A DNA stretch of 64,000 bases from Macrostomum lignano (GCA_002269645.1 NIVC01000112.1:392520-456519); one strand, 5' to 3'; counted from the stretch's first letter, positions 50,036 to 62,689 are shown. A program made the numbers and translations. Notes: a model not told the origin generated them from the letters alone.

Positions 50036-50637
50036 TATGCTTTACAATGCAACCTCTAAATCGTCTTAAATCCTACCCTGAGAATCGCCTCAGTTTTTTG
50101 CTCAGATATCTGGGAATTTCGTATTCCGAAAGCGCATTTTTTAATTCGAATATTTCCCACATAAAACGTGGCCGTGACTCACCGCCACCCGCTTAATATT
50201 TGATGAAGAACATCTCCGGTCTAACACATTCTCAATTGGGTCTCTCTTTGGTCGCCTGGTAACGATAAACTCGATGCCGCGCGATCATTTTCAATATATG
50301 ATTCCGCTATTCCAAGCCTGTATGCTGCTGTCGCGAGACAAAATGAGACTGTCTAAAATCCGCTAGTGTTAGCCTGATAAATGGGGAGCTTCATATTTTG
50401 CATAGAAGCATTTTCTGCTCGTTCTTCTTCAGCCAAATCGAATTTAAACCCGAATCGAATTTCAGATAAGCCTGCTGGCATTTCCGGTAGCTGCTTTCGA
50501 ATTGAGTTAGAATTTATTTAGTAAAACAAGCTTCATAGTTTACCGTTTCAAAGCCTCAGTTTACATTATAGTAGAAACAATGCGATTAGTTCAGGATAGC
50601 ACAGGCAATTAGTGCGGTTTGCTTTTCAGTATACATC

Positions 50638-50643
50638 TTTATT
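50638..50643 (-). terminator. Candidate poly(A) signal AATAAA of the Nav gene
   Basis: TTTATT on the + strand, about 350 nt downstream of the Nav stop. Confidence 0.4.
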
Positions 50644-50993
50644 TAAATATATACGGTAAGTAGGGAATCAGTGTAAATATAGCTGGTCTGAGCAAGCAGC
50701 TTATCAGTTGACAGATATTGCAGTTTGAGGCATAATCATGTCATTATAGGCATACAGTGAGCAGTAATTTGTCGTTTTATCCTATTGTGTTTGTTTTATA
50801 GATAGAGGACATTTAGCCTGTAATCGTTTATAATTTCATTTGGGTTTGCAAATTTTGTTATGCTGAAGCAGAAAAGCCTTTTGCGTGTTTGGGAGCAAGC
50901 AAATGTGCTTTTCATATTGTTAATTTCTAAATTGCAAGCAATATGATAGTAACAGTGTTTTATAGCATAATTAGATTCTTTCACCTCGCGAAG

Positions 50994-53900
50994 TTAAGCC
51001 TTCCTTTCAACAGCTTCGCTGCCTGCGGCTGCCAGCCTTCTCTCTTTGCATTTTGCCGCGTAGGCTCGAACGTATCGCGTTATGACGTTGGCTGCATATT
51101 TCTGCCTCTGCCGCTCCATGGTATTGCTAATGATGATTCTCTCGTCTTTGAGCTTGCCGCCGCCTTTAGGTTTGAGCGCCGACAGTTCCTCTTCGTCGGC
51201 CGCTGTGCCCAGAAAGTTTCGTGTCAAAGCGTCCAACAGATCGACGCAGAAGATGGTGTCGCCTTTGCAGATTGGCACGCTCAGCGTGGCCAGCTTGATC
51301 TTGTTGGGCTGCGGCAGCTGCAGCGGCGGCTCCAGCTCGTCTAGGAATTCGTACACCTGGTCTACGGCTATGAATCCCTTCGCCTTGGGATCGTAGGATT
51401 CCCATTTTTCGTAGAACAAATCAAAATCCTCCTGGTTAAGCCCTGCTGAACGTCTTCGGTAGCCTGGCTGAAGTTCTCTAGAATGACGGCGATGTACATG
51501 TTGATGATGACTAGGAAGCTGATGACCAGGTAAGAAATGAGGAACACCACCGCAATGGCGTAGTTGCCGCAGTCGCTGTGCGGCTTCTTATTCGGATTGC
51601 AATCGGGTTCCTCCTCATTGATGAGTCCGTCTAGGACGCTGTCCCAGCCAGCGGATGTGCTCAACTGAAACAGGACCACCATGCCGCTAGGGAAAGTCTC
51701 GAAGTTGAATATCTCGTCAATTCCGCTTCGATGACGAACGTGGCTAAAAAACGATATGCCTACTATGCTGTAGATGAACATGATCATGAACAGTAGCAGG
51801 CCGATGTTGAACAGAGCCGGCAGCGATACGAATAGCGAGAATAGCAGTGTCCGAATGCCGCGGGCAGACTTCACTAAGCGAAGAACTCGGCCAACGCGAA
51901 ACACTCGAACCACTCGTATCATAGTTGGCGGTATAGGAAGCCTTACCATGATGTCCTCAATAGCCCAGGTGAGAATGCTTAGCACAACGATAACAAAGTC
52001 GAACATGTTCCACGCAAATTTGAAGTAGTACCAACGCTGGGCGAGTAGCTTCATCACGCACTCTCCGGTGAATATAACAATGAAAAATCGGTTGATTTGC
52101 TCTACCGCGTCGTTGAATGCTTCCGATTGATTGTGGTGCTCAATACACATAACTATGGTGTTAAGCATGATGAATACCATGATTGCTATATCAAACTTTT
52201 GATCGTTAATCACCTTAAAAAAGAATTGAGGAATTCGTAGCTTCGGCTTTGGTACTGGTTTCTGCGGAGCCGTACTGCTCATCTTCTTCATTGCTTTATA
52301 GTAGCGCTTTTGGTCTTCCGTCATGAACAGCTCCACTGAACCGCCTGCTCTCTTCTTTTGCACGTTGAAATTGTCTATTATGACACCGATGAATAACTTC
52401 AGAGTGAAAAACGATCCGAATATGATAAATAGGACAAAGAACAGGTACATTGATGTGCTTGCGTCTCTGATTGGTTGATTGTTAGGGCCTGAAATAGAAA
52501 GATTTCTGTAATTGAATTCCTGTTTTTGCTTAACTTAATGATCCAACTGCAAAAGTTCCGTATCGCTTACCTGTTATGTCCACAGCGTCAGCAATAATTG
52601 GAATCCAGCCTTTGTAGGTAGCAATTTGAAACAATGCCAAGTAACCATTTAAAAAGTTGTCGAAGTTAATCCTTGAATTCTCCCAGCTGACGTTATGAAA
52701 TGCGGCTGCCATGGCTTCGCATGCCTCTTTATTGGGCACTAAATCAGCCGAGACTCGCTCGTTGTTGCTGTCGACGCACTTGTAGAATTGGCCTCCAAAC
52801 AGCTGCACTCCCATTATGCTGAATATAAGCCAAAATACTAGGCACACGAGCAGAACGTTAAAGATAGACGGAATAGCTTGAATCAGTGCATTGACGACAA
52901 CTTTCATGCCTTCCCATCGGCTGACTGCTCGTAGTGGTCTCAGAGCTCTCAGCGTTCTCATGGCCTTGAATGCTCCCATATTTTGGCCCGATGCGCCCCC
53001 GACAAGATTCAGGACTAGACTAAAAAGCGCAACGTTTACTATGACAAAATCCAACCAGCACCAGGCGTCTTTGAAGTACTTTTTTAATCCGAAGGCGAAC
53101 CATTTTACGACCATTTCAAAGGTAAATATGATCGTGAAGCATTTGTCCATGTATTCAAGGACTAACTTTAGCTTAGGTCTCTTTGGTAGATTTACATCCT
53201 CCAGTGTTAAAGTGACGCTGCTCAGCGCAATCATAAGGATGATAAACATTTCAAAATACTTGTGTTCAACCAGCTTGTATGCGCGGCAGCGAAATCCCCA
53301 CCAGATCTTTCCAAGATTGGTGTTGTCGCACAGCTGCACAGCCCTGGGGCAGAAATCCATGAGCTGCTTTGGCAGGCAATCCTCCGGCGCATCCCAGTAC
53401 TGTATGTCCACTTCGTTAATCTCCGGCTCTTCATCGAATTTTGGCGACAGCTTGTCTTCGATCGCAATGGCGAAGTGACCCGCCGGGAACACTTTATTTT
53501 GGTTGGCGCCAGCCGCATCTGAAAGAATGCTTGCTTCGTTTATGTCCTTAAATACCATTTGGCTTGCGGCGATTGTCACATTTTCCATTATGTATGTGCC
53601 ATGCTGTTTTAATGGAAACCTGCTATCCAACTGAATGCTTATTCTGTCTTTGCCGCTGGCTGGTTTCGCTTTGTCCTCGCTGCTGTCATCGGCGTCGTCA
53701 CTTTCGAATAGGTCATTGTCGTTGTAGCTGCGGGTGCATGCCTTGCCTACTAAGTACCAAAACAGTCGCTTGATATGAATCCTCGACCAGACTATAAATC
53801 TGTTTATCCTGTCTATGGCCTCCTGCAGTTTGTTTACTTCTTCCTCTTCCTCGCGTCGTTGCAAACTTTCGGCTCCGAAACTGCTCAGTAGAAGCGCCAG

Positions 53901-56877
53901 GAAAAGGCTCAGTACCACTAGACTGGCCAGAATGTTTGTCAGAAGAAAAAATGGTACACAGATATATCCGTTGACATTAATACAGCCCCACATGCTCTCG
54001 ATCCATTCACCGCATAGTACGCGAAATACAATCATGAAGCTGTGTGTGAAATCTTTAAAATTCCACCTCGGATAGTCGCCCTTAAATTCCGGATAGAGAG
54101 TTTCATTCTTATATAGTGCATAGTTTTCACCGAACAGCTGCATGCCTACCACGGCAAAGATGAATATTATAATGCCCAATACGAACACTAAGTTTCCTAG
54201 CGCGCCCATTGTTCTAGCGATGATTGCGAATAAAAGATTCATTGTCTGCCAGGATTTCGCCAGTTTAAAAACCCTTAGAAGTCGAAAGGCGCGTAGGATG
54301 GAAAGACCTTGAACATTTTGCAGTGTTAGTTCTACGAAACTTAGAACTACAATCGTGAAGTCAAATATATTCCAGCCGTCCTTGAAGTAAACTTGCGGCT
54401 TCATTGCGATTAGTTTGCATACTGCTTCAATCCCGAAAGTGGCCGTAAAAAATAGATTTGCGTTGCTTAAAATTTCTTTAAATGTCGGCGTATTAGATGG
54501 GACATCAAGGGCCATGCAAGCGGTGTTAACGAGTATGCATAACGTAATGAAAAGCTCTACGAATGGGTCCAGGATGAAGTAACTGACGTACTTCTCCAAC
54601 ACCTTCCAGCAGTAGCAGCATTCCCAACTGTAGCAAAATTTTTCAAGAAACAGGTGCTTGTAGTGTTCGAACTTCTTTTCCTTCGGTCTGCACTCAACTT
54701 CCTCCTTTTCTGGCTTTGTTGTTGCTGCATCTTCGATCAGTGTTTTCAGTACCACCACATCATTCATTTCGACTTCCTGACCAGCTGGTGGCTGCGAGGT
54801 AGTTTCACGCAATGTACGTTGACTCTGAGTTTTTCTAATACCTAGTAGCTCTTTGTGGTCCAATACCCCTGGCTGTTTAGTTTCCTCTTGCAACAGAATT
54901 TCAGGTATCGGTTTGTCCGAACCGTTTCTTGTGCACATCAGGATGTCTTTGTACTTTCGCGATTCCAGAGGTGACTTGCTGTTTGCTATCTTTCCAAGAA
55001 GATCCGTCTTTGTTGGCTGCCTGTTAGCGAAAGCTGAAAACAAAGCAAAGTATTTAAACTTGCTGTTGAAACTATCTCTTTGCTCCCTCGCGCTGGCGTC
55101 CGAAGCTGGCGTGTGGGCTGCCGAATCATCTGCATATGGAAAGCTGATGGTCTCCAGTACATTCACTTGCGTGCAGTCGCTTGGTTTCCAGTGAAACCGA
55201 TCCTTGTGCTTAATGCACGGAGATCCTGGCAGACTGACACTTTTTGATTTATGCTTCAAAAAGTGCTTAGAAATGTAGCTGCTGATTGGCGTTCGCACTG
55301 GGCCGCCTTCAATTTTGTCAGAACGAATGCTCAACTTGTCCAAACTTTTCTTTGCACTTTCCAACGGTATTCCCGCCGCTTTGTAAATGTCTGTAATGCT
55401 GAGACAGCTCACTTCATCTGAGAAGCTTTTCTCAATTGAAGCCTCTTTCACTTGTTCCTCCTGTTCACGTCTCTCGTCTTCCTGCTTTCTGGCTGCTTCT
55501 TCCTCTTCCTCGTCCAGTTTGTCCTGTTTTCTGACTTCGTCATAAGCCATAGCAACTATGGCTAGGATTACGTTAATCAGAAAGAAGGAACCCATCATTA
55601 TGACTAAGACGAAGAACACCACGTGAGGTGTCCCATTAGTTCGAATGATTAATTGGTAAAGACTCTCCCAAGCGTCTTGAGTCATTAAACGAAAGGCGCA
55701 CAGCATCGACCAGCCAAAGTTATCAAAGTTGGTGTAGCCAAAGTTCGGATTTACCTTGTCCGTTCGAAAGCATTCAAAGCCTTCGGGACATTGTTGTCCT
55801 AGGTCACTATTTAGGGAGCAAACTCGCAGTTCGTCTGGATATCCCAGCCAGTTGCTTTCGTTGTTGTGGTGGATCTTTCGAACTTGATCTTTCAGGTCTT
55901 TAAGCTCATCACTCGTTAGTTCTGATGCGTTGCCCATGTATTCGTAGTCAAGGTATTCAGTAAAGTTAAATTTACTGACGCATTTTTGAAGAAGTGTTCC
56001 TTTATATACTTGTAATCCGACTAGGGCAAAGATACTAAGGACAAATATTGTAAGGATTCCAACGTCTCTGAGTCTCTTCACGGCCTCCATTAGCGCCCCA
56101 ACAATGGTCTTCAGTCCTGGTACAGTGGTTACCGTTTTAAGCGCACGCAGCACTCGAAGAGACCGAAGCGCACTAAGATTGCCCAGTGTTGGTACGAAGA
56201 ACATGATGTAAGCCAGTCCTATAACTATAAAGTCAAGCCAGTTCCAAGCGTCGCGCAGATACGTAAACTCCGTGAGTATTAAGCCGCGCGATATAGCCTT
56301 GATAGTGGCTTCGGTTGTATAGATTGCCGTGAAGGTGTGCAGATAATGAGACCAACAGTACGAGCATAGAAAAAGCCGGATGAGTCAGTATGCGGATTGC
56401 TACCCGCCTGATCGGATTGAAAGGCGACAGAAGAAACAGCGCATTGGTTGCTGAAAACCGAAAGATCGTCTTGTCTCGTGAAACTACCACGAAGGTGAAC
56501 TTATCTCCGTAATAATCGTCGATATCTTCAAGAAGTGCGCCACCCAGCCTCTTGGCTGAAAACTTGTCGCTCAGAGCTGGCGGCAATTTCATGCCGGCGG
56601 CAAGCTTTGGATTCGGCCTGCGCTCGTCCGACGTTGTCGTTGTTGGCTTTGTCGGACTGTGCTTCGCCTCGTCCGCGGCCTCGCCAGTCTCATTGAGGCC
56701 GTGTTTGCACACTCTGCCAGCAAGAGGAGTCGCCGCATTCGCGTGAGTGTGCGCGGCGCCAAAAGCCGATGCGTGCGCGCTAAGCGCCTGGCCTAGAAAA
56801 GTGCCCTCCTCTTGCCGGCGTACGATCCGCTCCAAGGACTGTTTAGTAAACGGTCGGAACGGTTGCTCTTCCTCCAT
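50994..56877 (-). CDS. Nav1: Voltage-gated sodium channel alpha subunit (Nav1/para-like, ~1930 aa), nested antisense in SIN3 intron 5; one 82-bp intron and two frame lesions
   Basis: Four S1-S6 repeats with Arg-rich S4s. Filter D(55674-76)/E(54006-08)/K(52611-13)/A(51650-52). Inactivation motif [11 protein letters not shown] (52322-30), EF-hand-like and IQ-like C-terminus, and para-like linker motifs (SLPGSP, YADDS, DVVVL). Segments are 56350-56877, 52571-56336, 51436-52488 and 50994-51434. Confidence 0.93.
52489..52570 (-). other. Only intron of the Nav gene (82 nt, phase 1, DIII pore loop)
   Basis: ACA G|gtaagcg...tttctatttcag|GC CCT restores ...[25 protein letters not shown]. Confidence 0.92.
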
Positions 56878-58254
56878 TTCGGAAGCAACAGTTGAAAGAT
56901 CTAGCTAATTCTCTATTCAATCTGAGCTCATTTTTTCGGTTTAAAAAATTTGATATTATAAGTAAATTCCTGCTCTTTGAAACGCTCTGATGACATTCAG
57001 TAGTGGGAGTTTATAGCCCGCTTACTGTTCCCCCCTCACTCGCTGTGCGGTTTCTGCTTCACCCCTTGGCTGACTACCGGAGTATCTGCATTCTCTGCCG
57101 CCTGCCAAGATGCGGCTCTCTTCCAATTGGTCACTGCCCCCATTCGGATAAGAGTCAGAGCGTTGAAGCAACCATAGGATCTCATACGCTATCAGCAGCG
57201 TTGCTGAGCCCCGTCCTCTACTGTCTCTTGGTCAGCAACCACAGTCTTCACATTCTCCCTGTCTTTTTCTCTGCTGCTATCGCCTTGCTCTTTCTCTCGA
57301 ATCACCAAAGCGGCCCCTGTTTAGTTGGGCTCTCCCTGGACCAGCAAGCAACATCTGGTTGGCCTCCTCCCAATTCGCTGTCGCTCTGCACCCCCGGCCT
57401 TAATTCATCCGGAGCTGGGCCATCTCGCCCTCTACCCGAGCTGAGCAGCCAACCACCCCGTATATCGCACCCTGCATACATTATGAGCTCCGGATTCCAG
57501 ATTGCTTTCTGGGAGGAACCCTCCCCTTCTAGACACTGGTTGTTCTTGCCTATCCTTCTCATCTTAATCCACCAGTTTAGGCGAGTTTGCCCGGTCTGGG
57601 CGGGTATCGATAGCTGGGTCGCCTGTTCGCCCTCTGCTCTAGCATGGTGCGGGAGAGAGACGGGGGCTGCCGGGAAAATTGCAGTTTGCATTTTTTTTCC
57701 TGGCTTCATCCCCATGCCGCTGCTCCCCAATGCCCGCATGCGCCAATGCCAGAAGCGCATATAGCTACTGCGCCTTTAATCGAAGCGCCTCGGCTCAGGG
57801 GGATATGCCGCCGCTTTTCCTTGTCAGCGCGTCCCCTTGCAAATGGCTTAGGCCTTGTGTTTGGCTTCTCTCAGAGCGCACGCTATGAGGATAAGAGTCA
57901 CTTCTGCCATGGGCCACCGCTTTGGCTATTTAGCCCGACAACTCCATCCTGGCGTTCTCTTGCCACGGCCATTCAAGCTTTTAATTCGTTCTCGTGAACT
58001 ACTATAATAAGGCTTTTTACAGATCGAAACTGTATTGGAAATTAGGGTTGTCCCGAATGCGCTGAACTCTGATTCTGACACAGTCAGCCACTTGTGGTAC
58101 TTTTAGCGCCCTAGAAACAAGAATATCTTTTCGAAATTCAAAATTTTATTCGCCTCCATTCATTATGTCCCCCGTCTGCTCCCTATTTCCGGCCTCTGCG
58201 TATATCTGCCTTCACGAGACACGTCCTAAAAATCCGTATTGTCCTTTATATGCA

Positions 58255-59090
58255 TCCCCCTCGATGCATCCGCCCCTTCATGGATTCGCCTCTTCATGCA
58301 TCCGTCCCTTCAAGCATCCGCCCCTAGATGCATCCGCCCCTTCAAGCATCCGTCCCTTCAAGCATCCGTCCCTAGATGCATCCACCCCTTCATAAATCCG
58401 CCCCTAAATGCACCCGCCCCTTCATGAATCCGCCCCTAGATGCATCCGCCCCTGTATGTATCCGCCCCTTCGATGCATCCGCCCCTTCCATGCATCCGCC
58501 CCTTCCATGCATCCGCACCTTCCATGCATCCGCCCCTTCGATGCATCCGCCCCTTCGATGCATCCGCCCCTGTATTATCCGCCCCCTCGATGCATCCGCC
58601 CCTTCATGGATCCGCCTCTTCATGCATCCGTCCCTTCAAGCATCCGCCCCTAGATGCATCCGCCCCTTCAAGCATCCGTCCCTTCAAGCATCCGTCCCTA
58701 GATGCATCCACCCCTTCATAAATCCGCCCCTAGATGCATCCACCCCTTCATAAATCCGCCCCTAAATGCACTCGCCCCTTCATGAATCCGCCCCTAGATG
58801 CATTCGCCCCTAGATGCATCCGCCCCTGTATGTATCCGCCCCTTCGATGCATCCGCCCCTTCCATGCATCCGCCCCTAGATGCATCCGCCCCTAGATGCA
58901 TCCGCCCCTTCGATGCATCCGCCCCTTCCATGCATCCGCCCCTTCCATGCATCCGCCCCTTCCATGCATCCGCCCCTTCGATGCATCCGCCCCTTCGATG
59001 CATCCGCCCCTGTATTATCCGCCCCTTCGATGTATCCGCCCTTCGATGCATCCGACCCTTCGATGCATCCGCCCCTTCGATGTATCCATC
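58255..59090. repeat. 17-18-bp minisatellite (gatgcatccgccccttc)n
   Basis: 3' part of SIN3 intron 5. Confidence 0.93.
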
Positions 59091-59181
59091 CCTGTCTATA
59101 TCCACCCACAAGCTTAACCTGCAATTCATTGGCTATATATTGCCTCATCCTTCTAATACTACCGCTGCATTGCAATTGCAG

Positions 59182-59956
59182 AATCTATGGCGAACGCGCC
59201 CAGGGCATCATCCAGGGTCTGCAGGACAGCCCGGCAGTGGCGGCGCCGCTCATACTGAAGCGCCTGCGCGCCAAACAAGAAGAATGGCGCGACGCGCAGA
59301 AAGCATTTAATCGAGTGTGGCGCGAACAGACCGAGCGATGCTATTTAAAAAACCTCGACCATCAGAGCGCCAACTTCAAGCAGACGGACCAGAAACAGCT
59401 GCGCACCAGGGCGCTGGTCACGGAGATCGCCGGCCGGTCTGGCAGCGGCGCCTGCGGCCAGCTCCAGCTGCCCATGCCGGCCGACCCGACCGTCCGCAAA
59501 GACGGCGTCGACCTGCTCATTCACCACGTCAAGCGGCAGAGCTACGCTAAAGACGAGAAATCCGCCGTCAAGCGGCTTCTTCGTCGATGGCTTCGCGACC
59601 TCCTGCTGGAGACTCGGCTGCCGTTGAGCGACGACGAGGGCAGCGACGGCGAGGATCCCGACGTTGACAGCGCGTCTGCAGCCGCCGCTCCGGCTCTGAT
59701 CGGCAACAACAACATCTACGCCCTGCTGCGGCTGTACCAGCTGCTGTGCAAGCGCCTGGCCGCCGCCAAATCCGCCTGCGATGCCGCCGCCGCCGCTGCA
59801 ACTTCCGGCGACTCCACCGGATCGGACAGCACCGCCGTGGCGCTGCGGCTGCGGCAGCCGCCGGCTGTGCGACCGGACCGGCTGTACGAGCACTTCATGC
59901 ACCAGCTGGTGTCCCTGATGGACGGCGCCGTGGACTCGGCTGTGTTTGAGGACCAG
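59182..59956 (+). CDS. SIN3: SIN3 exon 6 (HID C-half and downstream region)
   Basis: caattgcag|A ATC completes R-IYGERAQGIIQGLQDSPAVAAPLILKRLRAKQEEWR...LKNLDHQSANFKQTDQK. Its phase matches exon 5 across 10.5 kb. Donor CAG|gtctgt. Confidence 0.96.
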
Positions 59957-60026
<70 letters not shown>

Positions 60027-60077
60027 CTGTCTGTTAGTGTCTGTCTGTCTGTCTGTCTGTCTTAGTGTCTGTCTTAG

Positions 60078-60148
<71 letters not shown>

Positions 60149-60159
60149 CTGTCTGTTAG

Positions 60160-60240
<81 letters not shown>

Positions 60241-60292
60241 GCCTGTCTGCCTGTCTGCCTGTCTGCCTGTCTGTCTGCCTGTCTGCCTGTCG

Positions 60293-60332
<40 letters not shown>

Positions 60333-60380
60333 GTCTGTCTGTCTCTGTCTGTCTCTGTCTGTGCTGTCTGACTGTCTGCC
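59957..60380. repeat. (GTCT)n microsatellite beginning at the splice-donor GT
   Basis: Carries ttagt interruptions like the array at 21345-22690. Confidence 0.95.
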
Positions 60381-60437
60381 TTAGCTTAGTATCAGTCTGT
60401 CCAGCTTATTATCTCAATCGCTGCCTTCCCCACGCAG

Positions 60438-60604
60438 GTGCGCGAGCTGCTCGGTGTGCAGCATTACGAGCTGTTCACCCTGGACAAGCTGGTGGCCCTG
60501 GCTGTTCGCCAGCTGCACATCATGGCCACTGACGATTCGGCCAAGCAACTGCTTCGCCTGTGGAGCTCTTTCAGAGCTACAGGCGGCACCAAGGAGGAGT
60601 ACAA
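60438..60604 (+). CDS. SIN3: SIN3 exon 7 (Sin3a_C)
   Basis: ccacgcag|GTG ... TAC AA|gtgagt; VRELLGVQHYELFTLDKLVALAVRQLH. Confidence 0.92.
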
Positions 60605-60659
60605 GTGAGTGGCTTTGCCCACTATTAGCAGTGCTCAACACATCCAAGCTGATATGATG

Positions 60660-61110
60660 ATCCACAATTCTATCCCATACCCAATCCCACACTAGCCACA
60701 ATTCTATCCCACACCCAATCCCACACTAGCCACAGTTCTATCCCACACCCAATCCCACACTAGCCACAGTTCTATCCCACACCAATCTCACATCAATCCC
60801 ACACCAGTTCCACACCAATCCCACACCAGTCCCACACCAGTCCCACACCAGTCCCACACCAATCCCACACCAATCCCACACCAGTCCCACACCAGTCCCA
60901 CACCAATCCCACACCAATCCCACACCAATCCCACACCAGTTCCACACCAGTCCCACACCAATCCCACACCAGTCCCACACCAGTCTCACACCTATCCTAC
61001 ACCAGTCCCACACCAGTCCCACACCAATCCCACACCAATCCCACACCAGTCCCACACCAGTCCTACACCAATCCCACACCAGTCCCACACCAATCCCACA
61101 CCAATCCCAC
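60660..61110. repeat. 11-bp minisatellite (ccacaccaatc/ccacaccagtc)n
   Basis: Intron 7 of SIN3. Confidence 0.92.
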
Positions 61111-61136
61111 GCAAACGCCCCACCCGAATCCCGCAG

Positions 61137-61457
61137 GCGCAGAGCCGAGCGGCTCATGGCCGAGTCGCACCACCAGTCGCAGCAGGAGAATCTTTTTCGC
61201 GTCGCAGTCGATCAAGAATCTCGCCAGCTCACATTCCAGCTGATGGAGCGGCAGCAGCCGCCTCCGTCTCCGCCGCCGGAGCCTGCGCCAACTCAGACTA
61301 CGCAGCCGCCCCGGCCGCCGTCGGAGGACCCGGCCCCCGACGTGGCAGCCTCCGTGGAAGTGGCCGGTTCACCCCCGCCTGAGCGGCCGGAATCTGCCAC
61401 TGCTGCTGACTGCTCAGGTGGAAATTGTAGCTGGTTGCAGTATCTGCAGAAGTACAG
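61137..61457 (+). CDS. SIN3: SIN3 exon 8
   Basis: atcccgcag|G ... TAC AG|gtgagc; RRAERLMAE...ENLFRV...WLQYLQKY. Confidence 0.85.
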
Positions 61458-61479
61458 GTGAGCCACTGCTTTCGGCACA

Positions 61480-62075
61480 CTGCATCCCACACTGTTCCCC
61501 ATTTTGTATCCCACACTGTTCCCCACACTGCATACCACACTGCATCCCACACTGTTCCCCACACTGCATCCCACACTGTTCCCCACACTGCATCCCACAC
61601 TGTTCCCCACACTGCATCCCACACTGCATCCCACACTGTTCCCACACTGCATCCCACACTGCATCCCACACTGTTCCCCACACTGCATCCCACACTGCAT
61701 CCCACACTGTTCCCCACACTGCATCCCACACTGCATCCCACAGTGTTCCCCACACTGCATCCCACAGTGTTCCCCACACTACATCCCACACTGCATCCCA
61801 CACTGCATCCCACACTGCATCCCACACTGCATCCCACAGTGTTCCCCACACTGCATCCCACAGTGTTCCCCACACTACATCCCACACTGTTCCCCACACT
61901 GCATCCCACACTGCATCCCACAGTGTTCCCCACACTGCATCCCACAGTGTTCCCCACACTGCATCCCACACTGTTCCCCACACTGCATCCCACACTGTTC
62001 CCCACACTGCATCCCACACTGTTCCCCACACTGCATCCCACACTGTTCCCCACACTGCATCCCACACTGTTCCCA
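61480..62075. repeat. 12/13-bp minisatellite (cacactgcatcc/cacactgttcccc)n
   Basis: Intron 8 of SIN3. Confidence 0.93.
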
Positions 62076-62134
62076 GTCAACAATGCCTATATAAATAACA
62101 ACTATGATGCAACCCACCGCTCCCCGATAAGCAG

Positions 62135-62408
62135 AGGTGGCGTCTCGGACGACCGGGCGGCGCCTGACTCGAACGAGCAACTTCGCATCCGCCAGGTGTT
62201 TCTGGTGCGCAACGCTCTGCAGTGGATTCGCCTGGCCAAGGCATGCAGGCAGGACTCCGCCAACGGTGAGGCCGAGATGCCAGCCTCTGCCGAGTTGCCA
62301 GCCTCTTCCGAGTTGCCAGCCTCTGCCGACCCTTCAGAGTCAGTACGGCAAAGGGTTCAATGGCAGCGAGATATTTGGAGTCTGCTCAGGGCTACGTTTG
62401 GTTTCCAG
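62135..62408 (+). CDS. SIN3: SIN3 exon 9
   Basis: Tandem TAAG/CAG acceptor (62132 or 62135, both phase 2) and donor CAG|gtatgc; RQVFLVRN. Confidence 0.75.
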
Positions 62409-62689
62409 GTATGCCGAAGCTTTTCTTGGTATCCCTAACTGTGAATCGCATAATTAAAATTTAATACAGAACTTCCCAACCCCTACTGACAAAAATCCTC
62501 ATACTCGAATCACTAGGGTACCAATTCGTTAAGTATAAAAGCATTCAAATCTGTAATTACAGAGATCGCCATTCCCTAGTTGTAAAAATTCTTTGCCCCA
62601 AATCATTAACCCGAATCCCAAATCAAATTACTTCAACATTCCAATTCATACACTCAAATCCGAAATAGAGAATCCTCAAATCCCAAATG

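Noticed and set aside
48689-50069. 435-439 aa ORFs on both strands
   Set aside because: 24-bp minisatellite inside the SIN3 intron.
50994-56877. Calcium channel, NALCN or Nav2 identity
   Set aside because: The filter is DEKA, not EEEE, EEKE or DEEA, and an LFM inactivation motif and para-like linkers are present.
50994-56877. Classical fully processed retrocopy
   Set aside because: It retains one canonical intron, and no genomic poly(A) tract or TSD was found. Only partial processing or intron loss is proposed.
57003-57997. 253-aa and other ORFs upstream of Nav
   Set aside because: No domain motifs or biased codon pattern; more likely Nav 5' UTR/promoter and SIN3 intron.
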